From Tubiluchus corallicola (Eukaryota > Animalia > Priapulida): DNA of 64,000 nt. Positions 15,530 to 30,500 of this stretch are shown here, piece by piece (the first letter of the stretch is position 1; each line of letters opens with the position of its first letter). The stretch lies in NCBI GenBank assembly GCA_030141605.1, contig JAQGDQ010000246.1, positions 62,001-126,000 on the forward strand, read 5' to 3'. Both the position numbers and the translations under genes were made by a program. The notes under the pieces were generated by a model that made no database searches, was not told the origin of the DNA, and saw nothing but the letters and a program-made list of their open reading frames with translations.

Positions 15530-18500
15530 TGAAATAATAACAACAATACAACACCCGGCTCCATTCAACACTCCACAGTTTCACCAAATTATTATAATGA
15601 TGCACTAAAATATTGTGATATTGCAGCTAGACAAAAATAACAGAAAAGCACCAACATACGAAAGATCAAAATTTTACCTCTACATCTTTGCTGACATTCT
15701 TCCACGGTCTCAAAGTTGTTACCATTGCTATCACAACCACCATATACAAATTCTTCACATTTAGATGTCTCCGAATTGTAATAATATCGAGGAAAGAATC
15801 CCCTACAACGACCAGTAACAGCAGGTAGTTTGCACACGTCTGCTGGGGCAATAGTTGGTGGAATTTCTAATGGGCAACAAACAGATGGTGCATCAGCAAA
15901 ATCTGTGTTACAGTGATATCCTTCAGGACATGAATCTGGATTACTCGAACAATAAACATTCTTTCGAGGATTATCTGGATCTAATAATGGTGGTCCATAT
16001 CGGCAAGGATTCAGTGGCTCTATTGCTGCAAAAAATGCATGTCCCAAGTTAGCAAAGTATTTTCTAATATACTGTTTCTGCATAGAAAGATCTTTATACT
16101 ACCCAAAACAATTTTTTGAAACCAAATGAAAGACAATTTCAAAGTGAAAAAAGCAAGTAAGAACTAGCTGACAATGTTTCTAACATGGTCAGAAATTCAA
16201 GATTCTGCAAACAATAGTTACCAAATTAGGCCTCGAAAAGACTTCAACCTTTTGTTTGAAAGTTAATTTGGATTTTATAGGAACTTGCTTTACTTGATTA
16301 CCGAGGAACTGCACTTCACAATAAAATCGCAACTTGTAACTTTTCAACTGTGACCCATGCAGTCAAAGGTCAACCATCCTAGCAACTTATGCCATTTATC
16401 TCATCAAAAACCTTTCATTTGATATATTACAAGCCACGATCCTTCAAGGATGGAAAAACATCTGTTCTGAGCCAACCATTTTCAGTTTTCGGCACCTAAC
16501 AGAAAAATTTTTCCATTATCCAAATGGCCTATATTTAGCCATGCATAAGAACTAGGGTGCTAAAAAATTTGGCTCTAGCTCAAAAGCTGTAAGAGAAGAA
16601 TAGAGCCTAACAAAAAACTTATATATATCTGACCCTTTCATCAAGGTCATTGTTGTTGTTGACCTGTTGTCTGAGCCCATACTCCAGATACCTGTCCCAC
16701 AAGTTTCTAGTCAGCAGCTTGTTTACTTTTTCAGTTATGGACAAAACCATTTTTTAACACTTTTGCCCATATCACCTGACTTGGCAATGTTAATTTTCTG
16801 ATAAATACGTAGTGCACATCTATCCTTATTTAGCTACTCACACATGCAAAAACATAGACTACTAGTCCAATAATTTAGGAGGAGCTGAGTGTTAAAGTCA
16901 ATTGCCTTACTTTTCACATTTTGCTTCCCCTTGCTATGACTTGTGATCCAGAGACATTTTTCCTACACCTATCTCAGGTGTCTGCCCTGCAAGTTTCATG
17001 ATTCTAGTTCTTATGCTTGTTGTTGAATGGAAAAAACTAAAAGCCCTAGGAGTAGCACTGCATAGTAATGCTGGTTGCCCAAATCTTCACATTTTGGCTT
17101 CTATATCAGGCCCAGGTGCACATGTACTTCATACATAATACCTAAATACTTGCAAAAAAAATTGAAAAAAGCAAAAGTCCTAGAAGGAGACTTGGAGTAA
17201 TGGAAAAACGGAGTGATGTCTGCTATCCCTGACCCCTTGGCCAAGGTCACAAGTAGCCAACTGCTGCGCTTCCCTCACCCTACTACTTTTGCGACCTTAG
17301 TTTGCAAGCATAGCTAGTTATTAAGTGAAATATGTTGGCAAGAATGAATAAATAAAGAAAGAAATATTTGTTTGTGAATCAAGAAGATCTTGGCAAATTT
17401 GTAATAAAATGCAGGTATTGCTTACATGATTCTGGAATAGGCAGAACACAAACTTTTTCAGCGGCACAAGCTCCGGGAGCCTGGCAACACTTCATGCCAG
17501 ATCTGCAGCTTGAATCTTCATTACAACCTTCGCCTTGCTGTTCAAACTCAGGTGGACAGAAAAACAAAAAGCTTAACATAGGACAGACTAAGTTATCTTC
17601 TGCTACCGGGCAGCAAACAGACGGAGCATCTGCAATATCTGCATTACACTGATAACCACTCGGGCAGGTGTCTGGATTACTGGAACAGTAAACGTTTCTC
17701 TTAGGATTCTCTGGATCCAAAAGTGGAGGCCCATGGTGACATGGATTCAGTGGCTGTATAGCTGAAATTTAAAAAAAATTAAAATGAAAAACAACATTGC
17801 ATATGCACTTTAAAATACAGGAAGCACTTTTAAGTCAATAAGATATTATAAATAACTACTTATACAAAGAAAAGCGCAACATATGCATAAAATTAAAAAC
17901 TACTTCCAAATAACATATTATTGCGACAATACATAGTAAAAAGGTACACTACTGTCACATACACTGTTGGAATCACAATGTCTGACCCATGGGAAACAAC
18001 TCTTTTTATATGTTATCCGCGCATGTATGAATTAGGTTTATAAGTAGCACAATACAGCTGGGAGCTCCTACAGAAATTTACTGAGTAAATGAGCTCCAAA
18101 ATGGGGCAGAAAAGGTCTACTTTCTGTGACCTCTGTGACTCTAGTTTTTCCAAGAAGTTATCAAAAATACTAAAATTGCCATAGAATATGGGTAATATGG
18201 ATCTTTATATGTAAATGCCGAATGACTACAAACTCATAATTTGTGAAAATTAACCTACAACTGAAAATATAAAATAATTAAACAAAAAAAAAGATATTTT
18301 ACCACATACATGATTCTAATACTGGCTCCACACAAACTTTATCAACTGAGCATGCTCCTGGTGCCTCACAACACATCAGACCAGAACTACAGTCTGGATT
18401 GCCAGTGCATCCAGATCCGGGTTGCTCAAAGTTTGGAGGACAAAAGTACAGCAAAGTCAAATCTGGACAGACTAACTTATCAGCTTTTACTGGACAGCAA

Positions 18501-21500
18501 ACTGATGGAACATCTGTGAAGTCTGTATTACATTGGTATCCAACTGGACATGTATCTGGACTTTTGGAACAGTAAACATTTCTCCTAGGATTTTCTTGAT
18601 CTAGGAGTGGAGGTCCATGGCGACACGGATTTAATGGCTGAATAGCTGAAATACAAATGTTCGTGTCATTCAACTGACTGAAATAGAATTCCTAACCAAA
18701 CAAATTTTAATGATTAGCCAATTTTTAATCAAAAAGTTTTAAACACCTCATTTAATCTTCAGCATGAAACTGAAATGATCGACATAAAAACATCATTCAC
18801 ATTACTGTTGAATTACATAATATAAACGTTAAAGCAAAACCTGACCCAATCTTAAACTGTAAGTCAAAACAATCTACCCTTTAAAATATTGAAAGGAAAC
18901 ATACTATGTTCGTGCCACTAGTTCTTCACTGTTACATGCATTTCACCACTCACTAGTTAGAATGGTGCACTAGCACCTGCATTTTGGAAACGCACAAAAA
19001 GCATGTGCTGTACCTCTCGTTTTAGATGTGTTAGTTTGTGCCGAATAGCACGCATTTGGCAGCTCATGCATGAGAACAGCGGTAAATTTGAAATTTGAAT
19101 TTTTATCTTAAAACATGCCTAGTTTTAGTACAACACACCGAATATCTTACAGTAGCACTGTATTTCAAATTTCGGTTTCACAAACACGGCAACACACTCG
19201 TGGAATATTTTTGCCATAGGAAATTATGTTCGTTTGTGATGTCATCAACAGTTAGGCTCTCCCGCCATTAATTAAGTTTTTAATCTATTATTTAATTATC
19301 AGAAACAATTTTGCCCTATTAATTGTGTTAAAATGTATACTTTTTATTAACAGAACATTTATATTTTTTTTACCAGACTTGAAAATGGAGTAATACTTGA
19401 AAAATGATCCATTAATATTAACAGCAAATCATTTAGTAAGACTTAGCAATTCATTTGTCAAGTATACAGAGCAATCCATATGTCAAGTATACAACCACTG
19501 CATGGCTACCTCACTGTTCACAGTTTTCCACATACAATTAAATAAGCTTTCTTGGAATTTACTTTGAAACAGAAAAATAATAAATATACGGCATTTTAAA
19601 TGATCTCTGGCTTATTTGATTTATTTCACTAACTCAACTATTTCAATAAAAATTATGCAAGAGATCATTTAAAATGTCTTATATTAATAAAATTCCAGGC
19701 TGCATGCATACTAACGCCAAAAACAATAAAACAATATGACATTGAATACGAACGACAAAAACCAGCGGGTATAATTTCAGTTCAAAAAGGAGCTTGCGCT
19801 TATTCAATATTGAAAAAAGGAAGTTTTAAAAGGTTTCATATATGTATATTGCAGATCATCACATTTTGTACTTTAGTTTTAGTTTCTTTCTTGGAAATAA
19901 CTTAATTGTGCTTTGGATTACCTATTTCTATTTAGATTTGTATAATTATTATTTAATGGCTCTAACATATCATTGGTTGAATTACTGAGCAAATAATGAT
20001 CAGATACTTTACTGTATACCAGCTTAGTGTGCTGAATTGAACGTTGAAAAAACTGTAAGCATGTTATAAAGCACCTTTTATAATCTATTGAACATTGCTG
20101 TCTAACAACGTCAGTCTAATGAATAACGAAGTAAGAATTTATGAAACTATGGTGCTTACATGATTCCAAAACTGGTTCCACACAAACTTTATCAACCGCA
20201 CATGCTCCAGGAGTTTTGCAACATTTCATACTAGAATGGCAGTTTGAATCTTCAGTGCAGCCTCCATCTTGCTGCTCGAAGTCTGGTGGGCAGAAGAACA
20301 AAAAGCTAAAATCTGGACAGATTAGGTTATCTGGTGCAATTGGACAACAGACAGATGGAGCACCCGCAAGATCCGTATTACACTGGAATCCTACAGGACA
20401 TGTATCTGGATCACTGGAACAGTAGACATTCCTACTGATGTCATCAGTAGCAATAAGAGGTGGTCCATGTTTGCATGGATTGAGCAGCTGAACGCCTAGA
20501 AACAAATTAAATTATTTACTGTAAATGAAAGATACTGACTACTGATTCTGGGTTCGTATGAAACCAAATGAACAGGAATGAATAGCTGGTAGGTAAATTA
20601 GATTTAAAAAAAAGTACTTCTGTCACAGACATCTTGCTCAAAGCTTATTTCTCTCAAGATTTTCTCAAAAAAAGCTTACATGTTAATTTTCAGCTAAGGC
20701 ATTTCAAACTCAGTTAAATGCATTTCATAATAAGTTTTACATATATAACAGCTTTTAGCTAATAAAGTGCAATCATTTAAAGTGGAAAAAGGCCATTTTA
20801 AAGTATGTCCCAAGAAACTTTCCCCATACACAGACATATTATTTAGCACTTTGATTGCCTTCTACAAATATTTATGTAACTAAATTCTTAGTAATTTAAA
20901 ATGTTCATGTTAACAGCTAAAATGACTCACCATCCCAGTGCGCACTGCTGACTCACCAAGAACACATTTTTAATCTTATCGACAAGGTAAAGTAATTTAT
21001 ACTTTTGCATAGTTTGTATAGAGTACGCCATGAATGTTTTGATTAACTTTTCTTATGTTATCTAAAATGGATTTCAAATGACCTATTGTCAAAATAGCTT
21101 CACCTACCAGTCATCACGAGAGTTTAAATTTTCATGTTTTAAACAGCATTGCTGGTAATACAAGCTCTGTGTGCAATAGACAGTATGTAGATAATACAAA
21201 TTTTAAGATGAGTTTTTAAAGTTTATTCATGAACAATATTTTCTTTTACTTTAAATATGTTTAAATTATGATGGAAGTTTTAATTCTAAGTGTAAGTCTT
21301 GAGAGTTGAGTCAGTAAATATTGTTCCATTTCACTATGCAAACAAAAAAAGATTAAATTTGTCAAAGTCTATAATTAAAATAACAAGCTAAACTGATGTA
21401 CTGTGCTAAATGATATTTATAATACTTACCTTTACATTTCTGCTGGCAGTCTTCTATTGTTTCAAAGTTGTTGTCATTACCACCACAGCCGCCATATACA

Positions 21501-24500
21501 AATTCTTCACATTTAGATGTCTCTGTGTTATAAAAATACCTAGGAAAGAATCCCCTACAACGACCAGTAACAGCAGGTAGTTGACATACATCTGTTGGTC
21601 CAACAAGTGGTGGAACTTCTAATGGACAACAGACAGATGGTGCATCAGCAAGATCCGCGTTACAGTGGTATCCTTCAGGACATGAATCTGGATTTCTCGA
21701 ACAATAAACATTCTTTCGAGGATTATCTGGATCAAGCAATGGAGGTCCATATCTGCATGGATTTAGCGGTTGTATTGCTGAAGCAAAAATTATAAGAATA
21801 ATAACATTTACCAGAATGTGATTCCCAAAATTCTTAATTGTACATCAAAATCAAATGAATGTTGCTGGAGGCTGGTTTTTTCTTTAAGCAGTGATGATAC
21901 TTACATGACTCCAGAACTGGTCCTACACAAATATTGTCAAAAACACATGCTCCAGGAGCTTTGCAACACTTTTTGTCAGACCTACAATCTGAATCTTCTG
22001 TACATCCTGATTCTTGCAGCTCAAAATCTGGAGGGCAGAAGAACAGAAATGTCAAATCCGGGCAGACTAACTTTTCAGCCTCCACAGGACAGCAAACGGA
22101 TGGAACATCTGTTACGTCCGTATTACATTGGTATCCAACTGGACATGTATCTGGACTACTGGAACAGTAAACATTTCTCCTGGCATTTTCTGGATCTAGG
22201 AGAGGAGGTCCATGGCGACATGGATTTAGTGGCTGGATAGCTGAAAATATAGCAAATAAAGGTAAATAAAGCTCTTTTTGAAAAATTATACATTTTCAAG
22301 AACATAATGCATAAATAAAATTTGCAATCTATGCACACGTAGTACTCTACCAACGTGTCACATTATTTTTTACAAATGTATACAAAAATATTAACAAGTA
22401 ATGATTATCTCTAACCATCTAGCCACCTTTTTAGTTGTGATCTTTACTTACATGATTCTGGTACTGGTTCTACACAAACTCTATGGAAAGCACATGCTCC
22501 TGGAGCCTGGCAACACTTCATACTAGATCTACAATCACTATCCTCAGTACAACCTGCATCCTGCAACTCAAAATCTGGAGGACAGAAGAACAGAAACGTC
22601 AAATTCGGACAGACTAACTTTTCAGCCTCTACAGGACAGCAAACTGATGGAACATCTGTAAGGTCTGTATTACATTGGTATCCATCAGGGCAGGTATCTG
22701 GATCTCCAGAACAGTAAACATTCCTCCTGGGATTTTCTGGATCTAGTAATGGTGGTCCATGTTTGCATGGATTCAGTGGCTGTACAGCTGAAATATAAAA
22801 TGTTGAAGTATTAACTAGTTACTAAGCTATAAAGAAGAAAATTGACATAGCGAGGCCACACCCCAGCTGCCATGCTAACCAACTACATGTGTGCTGACTG
22901 GAACTTATGTAAGTAAACGTGCTCTTGCTGTGGTAGCAACCAGTGTTTACCAGACACAAAATCACTAGCACCTTGCATGACCACACGTTTAGGATGTAGA
23001 CTGTTAGACAGCCAAACTTCACAAACTCAGGCAACTACATTATATAACGCTTAAAATTAAAGAGTTGGTTACCTGCGTTTACCACTATGCAATGCTTCTA
23101 TCTGCACTTACGCTCAATGGACCATGCAAACATTTTTTGCTGTTGGTGAAGTAGTTTAAATAAGAGTAATATGTAATAATTTAGTACCGGGATAGAATTA
23201 GCAAAGTCAGTTAATAAAAAGTAGCAGCCTGACTTTTTCTGGGTTTTAAAAACACTAGCCTCTATCTCAACAAGGCAGAGACTGTTTTCTTTTCCATGAG
23301 CACAATGAATTTTGCACACTCCTATATTTTTTGAGAAACAAGCCTTTGTAGCATTCAGCAGCTTGCTTTTTTAATAGAAAATTTTTATTCTTTAATTAAT
23401 ATTCCCTGAAATCACTGGGTAAATTGGATAACAATAAAACACTGTGCACAAATCTATGCAGTAGTACACAATGTACAGCTGTTCAACAGTCGAAGACTTG
23501 CTGATGTCCTGCACTGAGCAGAGCAATTACATCTTTACAGGGAGGTTAATTGACCAATGTGCTTGTTACTTTAATTAGTTATACAACTGACTTACATGAT
23601 TCTGGGACTGCTTCCATACAGAGTTTACTAAAAGAACAAGCTCCTGGAGCATCACAACACTTCATACCAAGTGACGCACAGTTTGAATCATCGCTGCACT
23701 CTGCAACTTCTAACTCAAACTCAAGTGGACAAAATGGAAGTAAGCTCAAGTCTGGACAAACATAGTCTTCTTTAGAAACTGGGCAGCAAACTGAAGGACC
23801 ATCTGCAAGATCCGTATTACAGTGGAATCCATCAGGACATGTATCTGGGTTGCTAGAGCAGTACACATTCTTGTTGCTATCATCTACAAGTGGAGTTCCA
23901 TGACGACAAGGGTTAAGCAGCACGTGACTTACTGAAATAACATAGACTGCTTTCATGCACTGCATTTCAAACAAGTTCAACATTACGGAAAAAACTGTCA
24001 CATATTTGTAAAAAAGTGAGAAACTGATTCAATAGCTTCTAGGATATTTGTGTAGCTGATATGTCATAAAATTAAAGTTGTGGCAGTGCTGCCTGCTAGT
24101 ATTGGTTCACTGGTGTGCAATTATTCTTCTGTGCACCTGAGTGCTACTGTGTCCTCTTGAAATAATCATTTTTCTGATGTGCTTATCATTAGGATCCAAC
24201 TGTTTGCCTGCACAATTTTGATTCAGTGCAAAGTCTTAGAAAACTGCATCATTTTTTACAGAATAAATTCATTTAAAATGGCAAAGTTTGAACTGCGCTA
24301 TATATAAAATGTCATGACAAATAACGAAGCTCAGGAATATCATGCTGTCACAGAATTTCTGTGGGGATACTTAACATAAGTGTTGCAAGGTATATTAGTG
24401 ATATTCTGGATTAGTTTTTTCACTTTATGGCACTTTAGAAATATGTGATTGATTTTCAAGGAAAATATTTTTCTAAACATGATGAATAATAAATAAGGAA

Positions 24501-27500
24501 ATAAATTTAACATGTTCAAATACACAGCAAGCCATTTAGTTAATACAGCATAATGTAATTAAGCAGCATGACACCATATGGGAAGCACCTGCAATAAAAC
24601 TTAAAAATCAGTATGGCAAATAATAGATTTAATTTTGATTAACAGTGGCTGGTTAAGTATTAAGTATCTATACAACAAACAGATATTCAATGTTAGGCTA
24701 GGACCAGAAATTGTCGTCAATATTAGTCACTAAGTGAAAAAAAGATGCTGATGCTGACTGAAATAAAACACTGCTACAGGAAGAGATATTAAGCAAGGAC
24801 TTGCTGTACTCTGAGTTCAACAAAAACCAAAAACTAAAGTTTAAAAAAGGCATAAGAAACATCAAAATGTTACCTCCACATCTTTGCTGACATTCTTCCA
24901 CAGTCTCAAAATTGTTACCATTGCTATCACAACCACCATATATAAATTCTTCACATTCAGATGTCTCCGAATTGTAATAATATCGAGGAAAGAATCCCCT
25001 ACAGCGACCAGTAACAGCAGGTAGTTGGCACACGTCTGCTGGTGCAATCGTTGGTGGAATTTCTAATGGGCAACAAACAGATGGTGCATCAGCAAGATCC
25101 GTGTTACAGTGATATCCTTCAGGACATGAATCTGGATTACTCGAACAATAAACATTCTTTCGAGGATTATCTGTATCTAATAATGGCGGTCCATATCTGC
25201 AGGGATTCAATGGCTGTATTGCTAAAACAGACAGAATAAAGTAACACAATTAGTTAACTAACACAAACATAGTTTAAGATAATAGTTTTAACATTTAGTA
25301 TATGGAATTTTTTGTTTTTAATCTTGTCTATCGAATAAACCTGGTCCTACATCAAAAAGCATGATAATATAACAGCTGACATGAAAGTAAAGTAAATAAC
25401 AAAAAAAATCAAATAGACACCTTGAAATCACTAGAGTAGTAATGAAACTTTAGCCTTAAATTATGGAAAGCTCCTACACTATTACCTGAAAATACATTTG
25501 CTAAGTTAAATTCTGTTTTTTTAGAAATGATGCAGGTCTGTCTTATAATGCACAAACAGGTTTTCATAAAAACTAAAACGAACCACATATTTACCTATGA
25601 ATATAGATATATTTGAATTTGAAAATATTTGATAAACTCAGTAATTTGTCATCGAAGTGCAAAAAAGTAAAAGTAATTGATCTACAACAACACAATACAA
25701 TATCACTAACAACACCTATGCCAATACTGGCCCCCCTCCACCATTACATGCCACAACGGCCAATGGTAACAGCAAAAATCCATTGTATTCCATTTAACTA
25801 CAAAAAAATCATATATTACTTACATGATTCTGGTATCGGCTCTACACAAACATTGCTGAAAGCACATGCTCCTGGAGCCTGGCAACACTTCATACCAGAT
25901 CTGCAATCACTATCCTCAGTGCAGCCTGCATCCTGCAGCTCAAAATCTGGAGGACAGAAGAACAGCAAATTCAAATCTGGACAAACTAAGTTTTCAGTTT
26001 CTACAGGACAACAGACTGATGGAGCATCAGCAAGGTCTGTATTACACTGGTATCCATCAGGACAGCTATCTGGATTTGTAGAGCAGTAAACATTCTTTCT
26101 AGCATTCTCTGGATCCAATAGTGGTGGTCCATGTCTACACGGATTTAATGGCATTAAGGCTGAAAAGCAAAATATGATGTTTTTAGTTAATCATACATAA
26201 GAAACAATTCAACAATTATGTTTTTAAGATGACACCTCGCAGATTCATACAGATACTTAAGCTGCTGTCCATTTATTTATTACAAAAATAGCACAATATT
26301 TAACAATTAAATAGAAAACATTCACATGTGTACTTTACTTACCTGATTCTGGGACTGCTTCAACACAAAGTTTCTCGAAAGAACATGCTTCTGGAGCATC
26401 ACAACACTTCATGCCAGGTGACGTACAGTTTGAATCATCACTGCACTCAGCAACTTCCAATTCAAAATCAAGCGGACAGAAAGGAAGTAAGCTTAGATCT
26501 GGACAAACATAGTCTTCCTTAGAAATTGGACAGCAAACTGATGGAGCATCTGTAAAATCTGTATTACACTGGTATCCATCAGGACAAGTATCTGGATCGC
26601 TAGAGCAGTAAACATTTCGCCTCAGATTCTCTGGGTCTAGTAATGGTGGTCCATGTCTGCATGGGTTTAGTGGCTGTATTGCTGAAATACATGTCATGTT
26701 ACCATCAAATTAACAAGAAGTTAACAACCAATAAGTCAGTCGATAATTATGCTTAGAATTTAGCTACAATTGCTACAACTGCTTTGGAATAAAAGTCAGT
26801 GCCTAGAAATTCAGATATTTACTTTAAAAACACACAATATATTAAGAATGATAATATGGCAAAAGGTTTTTGTCTTGAACCATTGCTAGCTAATTTTTAT
26901 CTGAGCCATTTGAAAAGCATGATTAATTTTGGCAAGGGCAGCATACCAACATTTTACCAAAGGAAGGATGATACATTTTTCGTTTTTTGACAGTCCACTC
27001 ATATTGACCAGTTCTTAGTACATTTAAACTGCCGATCACCATCAAAATTTACATGTGTTGTAATTATAATAATTTGCTGAGTTCTATCGGTGTCACTCTT
27101 AATATCTCAGTCCCTGCAAGTATTGAATTATCAGTATTTACGAAAAGTCAGGTTACTTTATGTAATTCTTGCTTTAATGTAGCCAAACGATTCAAATATT
27201 TGGCTTTCAATTGTTTCATTAAACATACCATTATGTTGTCAGCTTCGTAATATGCTCTGCATAAAGCAATAAATGTACTACTGCTGCTGTTAATAAATGT
27301 GATCTTAGTAACAAAGTAGTTCACATAATTAGGGAGAAAAATGTACAAATAAAGTAAGGAACAGTAATGAACCTTCATATGCCACTGCATCTGTTTTGGC
27401 AGCATTTGGTGAGAGTAAGAGGTACATAAAGATTATTTTCATTAATAGCATAAGTTTTCACAAATTTTTTTTTTTTTTTTTTTTATAAATACTATAAACT

Positions 27501-30500
27501 GTTGTGACTTTCATTAGTACTAGTAATCTGTATTCATTCCTTCAAGTTACAGAAAATCCTATAGTTTCTTGTCGGAAACTGCCCAAGTGCTATACATGTA
27601 TAACTGTAATGGATGTCATAACAAATACATTGGACAGTCCTCCAGGCAGACACTATAGAATTATACAGCACAAACCCCTCCCCCAAAAAATTAGTTGAGT
27701 GTTGCATATATATCGCAATGCTCTGTTCGGATTAGCGAAGATAATTTTAAAATCATTGACCAGGCCAGATGCAGATTTGATCTTTTGGTAAAGGAACTTT
27801 TCATATTACAAACTATAAACCCACATTAATTCAAACAGTTGAAGGATATGTATACGGATTACTATGCTATGTAGGTCTCATCCTATTAAGGTATGTTGTA
27901 CATTGAAACTCCCAAAATTTCTCTTCTCTTCTTCAAAATTTAAAAGATGTCTATTGTTTTTACCCATTGCACACTATTATATTATTTCCTTTCATTTGGT
28001 GCGTGGTTTTACATCCAAAGTTTTACAGATGAATTTATTAAAAAGACAATGCTAACTAATCAAAGATGTAACCAAAGACGATTTTTTAAACTTATCCGCA
28101 TATAACAGCTAAAAGTTGCAAATTATTTTAACTATATTAATTTTCATAGTCAATTTTGGGGGAAATGTGCAATAATGTACTATGGTTATAACACATGGCA
28201 AAGTACTTTGCACTTTCCTTAAACGTAGTATCTTATTATTACATGCAAGGAAATTTTGCCACTTTTGATGATGTTTTTGTTAGCAAACTCTGCATTGATA
28301 CTTGTTCCAAATTTATATAACTAACACTTGCTAAATATAGATTTAAACTGCTAAACCACTTCCTAAATGACTTGGACTTAATGACTTGGATAATAATCAA
28401 TATATTTTCAAATAATACCGTTATGAAATGGCAAGACGACGCTTACCTGATTCTGGTACTGGTTCTACGCAAACTCTGTTGAAAGCACATGCTCCTGGAG
28501 CTTGGCAACACCTCATACCAGATTTGCAATCAATATCTTCTGTACAGTCTGCATCCTGCTGTTCAAAATCTGGAGGACAGAAGAACAGCAATGTCAAATC
28601 TGGACAGACTAAGTTTTCAGCCATTACAGGACAACAAACTGATGGAGCATCTGCAAGGTCTGTATTACAGTGGTATCCATCAGGGCAGGTATCTGGATCT
28701 CCAGAACAGTAAACATTCCTCTTTGGATTTTCGGGATCTAGTAATGGTGGTCCGTGTCTACATGGATTTAGAGGCTGTATAGCTGAAAACCATAATGTCA
28801 TATAGTAGCATGTTAGCAAATTGCAAGAGGGGCCAATATCATTAGTTACAACATGTATGGAAATATCAATTCTTTTAATGGTGTTTCTTTCTGAAAACAC
28901 TGCAATGATTCATGTTGCACTTTTACAAAATAAAAATAGCTCATATTTATATACACTGCCAACTAAGCTGTAAAACCATTACTTATGAGTTGAGATTAAA
29001 TCATATTGTTTATGAAGTTCCAATCATGTTTAAATTCCAACATGTGATAGCTAATATAGTCCAAAGATTTAGATAAATATCAGTATACTGTTAAGTAAAC
29101 CTAAAATTAAACAATGACAAGATGACACTCACATGATTCTGGTATCGGCTCTATACAAACATTGCTAAAAGCACATGCTCCTGGAGCCTGACAACACTTC
29201 ATACCAAATCTACAATCACTATCCTCTGTGCAACCTGCTTCCTGCAGCTCAAAATCTGGAGGGCAGAAGAACAGAAATGTCAAATCTGGGCAGACTAACT
29301 TTTCAGCCTCCACAGGACAGCAAACGGATGGAACATCTGTTAAGTCTGTATTACATTGGTATCCAACTGGACATGTATCTGGACTACTGGAACAGTAAAC
29401 ATTTCTCCTGGCATTTTCTGGATCTAGGAGAGGAGGTCCATGGCGACATGGATTTAGTGGCTGGATAGCTGGAAATATAGCAAAGCATATCAACTATGTG
29501 AAGCTAAATAAAGCTCTTTTTGAAAAATTATACGTTTTTTAAGAACATAACACATAAATAAAATTTGCAATCTATGCACACGTAGTACTCTAACAAAGTG
29601 TCATATTTTTTACAAATGTATACAAAAATATTAACAAGTAATGATTATCTCTAACCATCTAGCCACCTTTTCAGTTGTGATCTTCACTTACATGATTCTG
29701 GTACTGGTTCTACACAAACTCTATAGAAAGCACATGCTCCTGGGGCCTGGCAACACTTCATACCAGATCTACAATCACTATCCTCAGTACAACCTGCATC
29801 CTGCAACTCAAAATCTGGAGGACAGAAGAACAGAAACGTCAAATTTGGGCAGACTAACTTTTCAGCCTCCACAGGACAGCAAACTGATGGAACATCTGTC
29901 AGGTCTGTATTACAGTGGTATCCATCAGGGCAGGTATCTGGATCTCCAGAACAGTAAACATTCCTCCTGGGATTTTCGGGATCTAGTAATGGTGGTCCGT
30001 GTCTACATGGATTTAGAGGCTGTATAGCTGAAAACCATAATGTCATATAGTAGCATGTTAGCAAATTGCAAGAGGGGTCGATATCATTAGTTACAACATG
30101 TATGGAAATATCAATTCTTTTAATGCTGTTTTTTCTGAAAACACTGCAATGATTCATGTTCCACTTTTATAAAATAAAAATAGCATGTATTTATATACAC
30201 TGCCAACTAAACTGTAAAACCATTACTTATGAGTTGAGATTAAATCATATTGTTTATGAAGTTCCAATCATGTTTAAATTCCAACATGTGATAGCTAATA
30301 TAGTCCAATGATTTAGATAAATATCAGTATACTGTTAAGTAAACCTAAAATTAAACAATGACAAGATGACACTCACATGATTCTGGTATCGGCTCTATAC
30401 AAACATTGCTAAAAGCACATGCTCCTGGAGCCTGACAACACTTCATACCAGATCTACAATCACCATCCTCAGTACAACCTGCATCCTGCTGTTCAAAATC

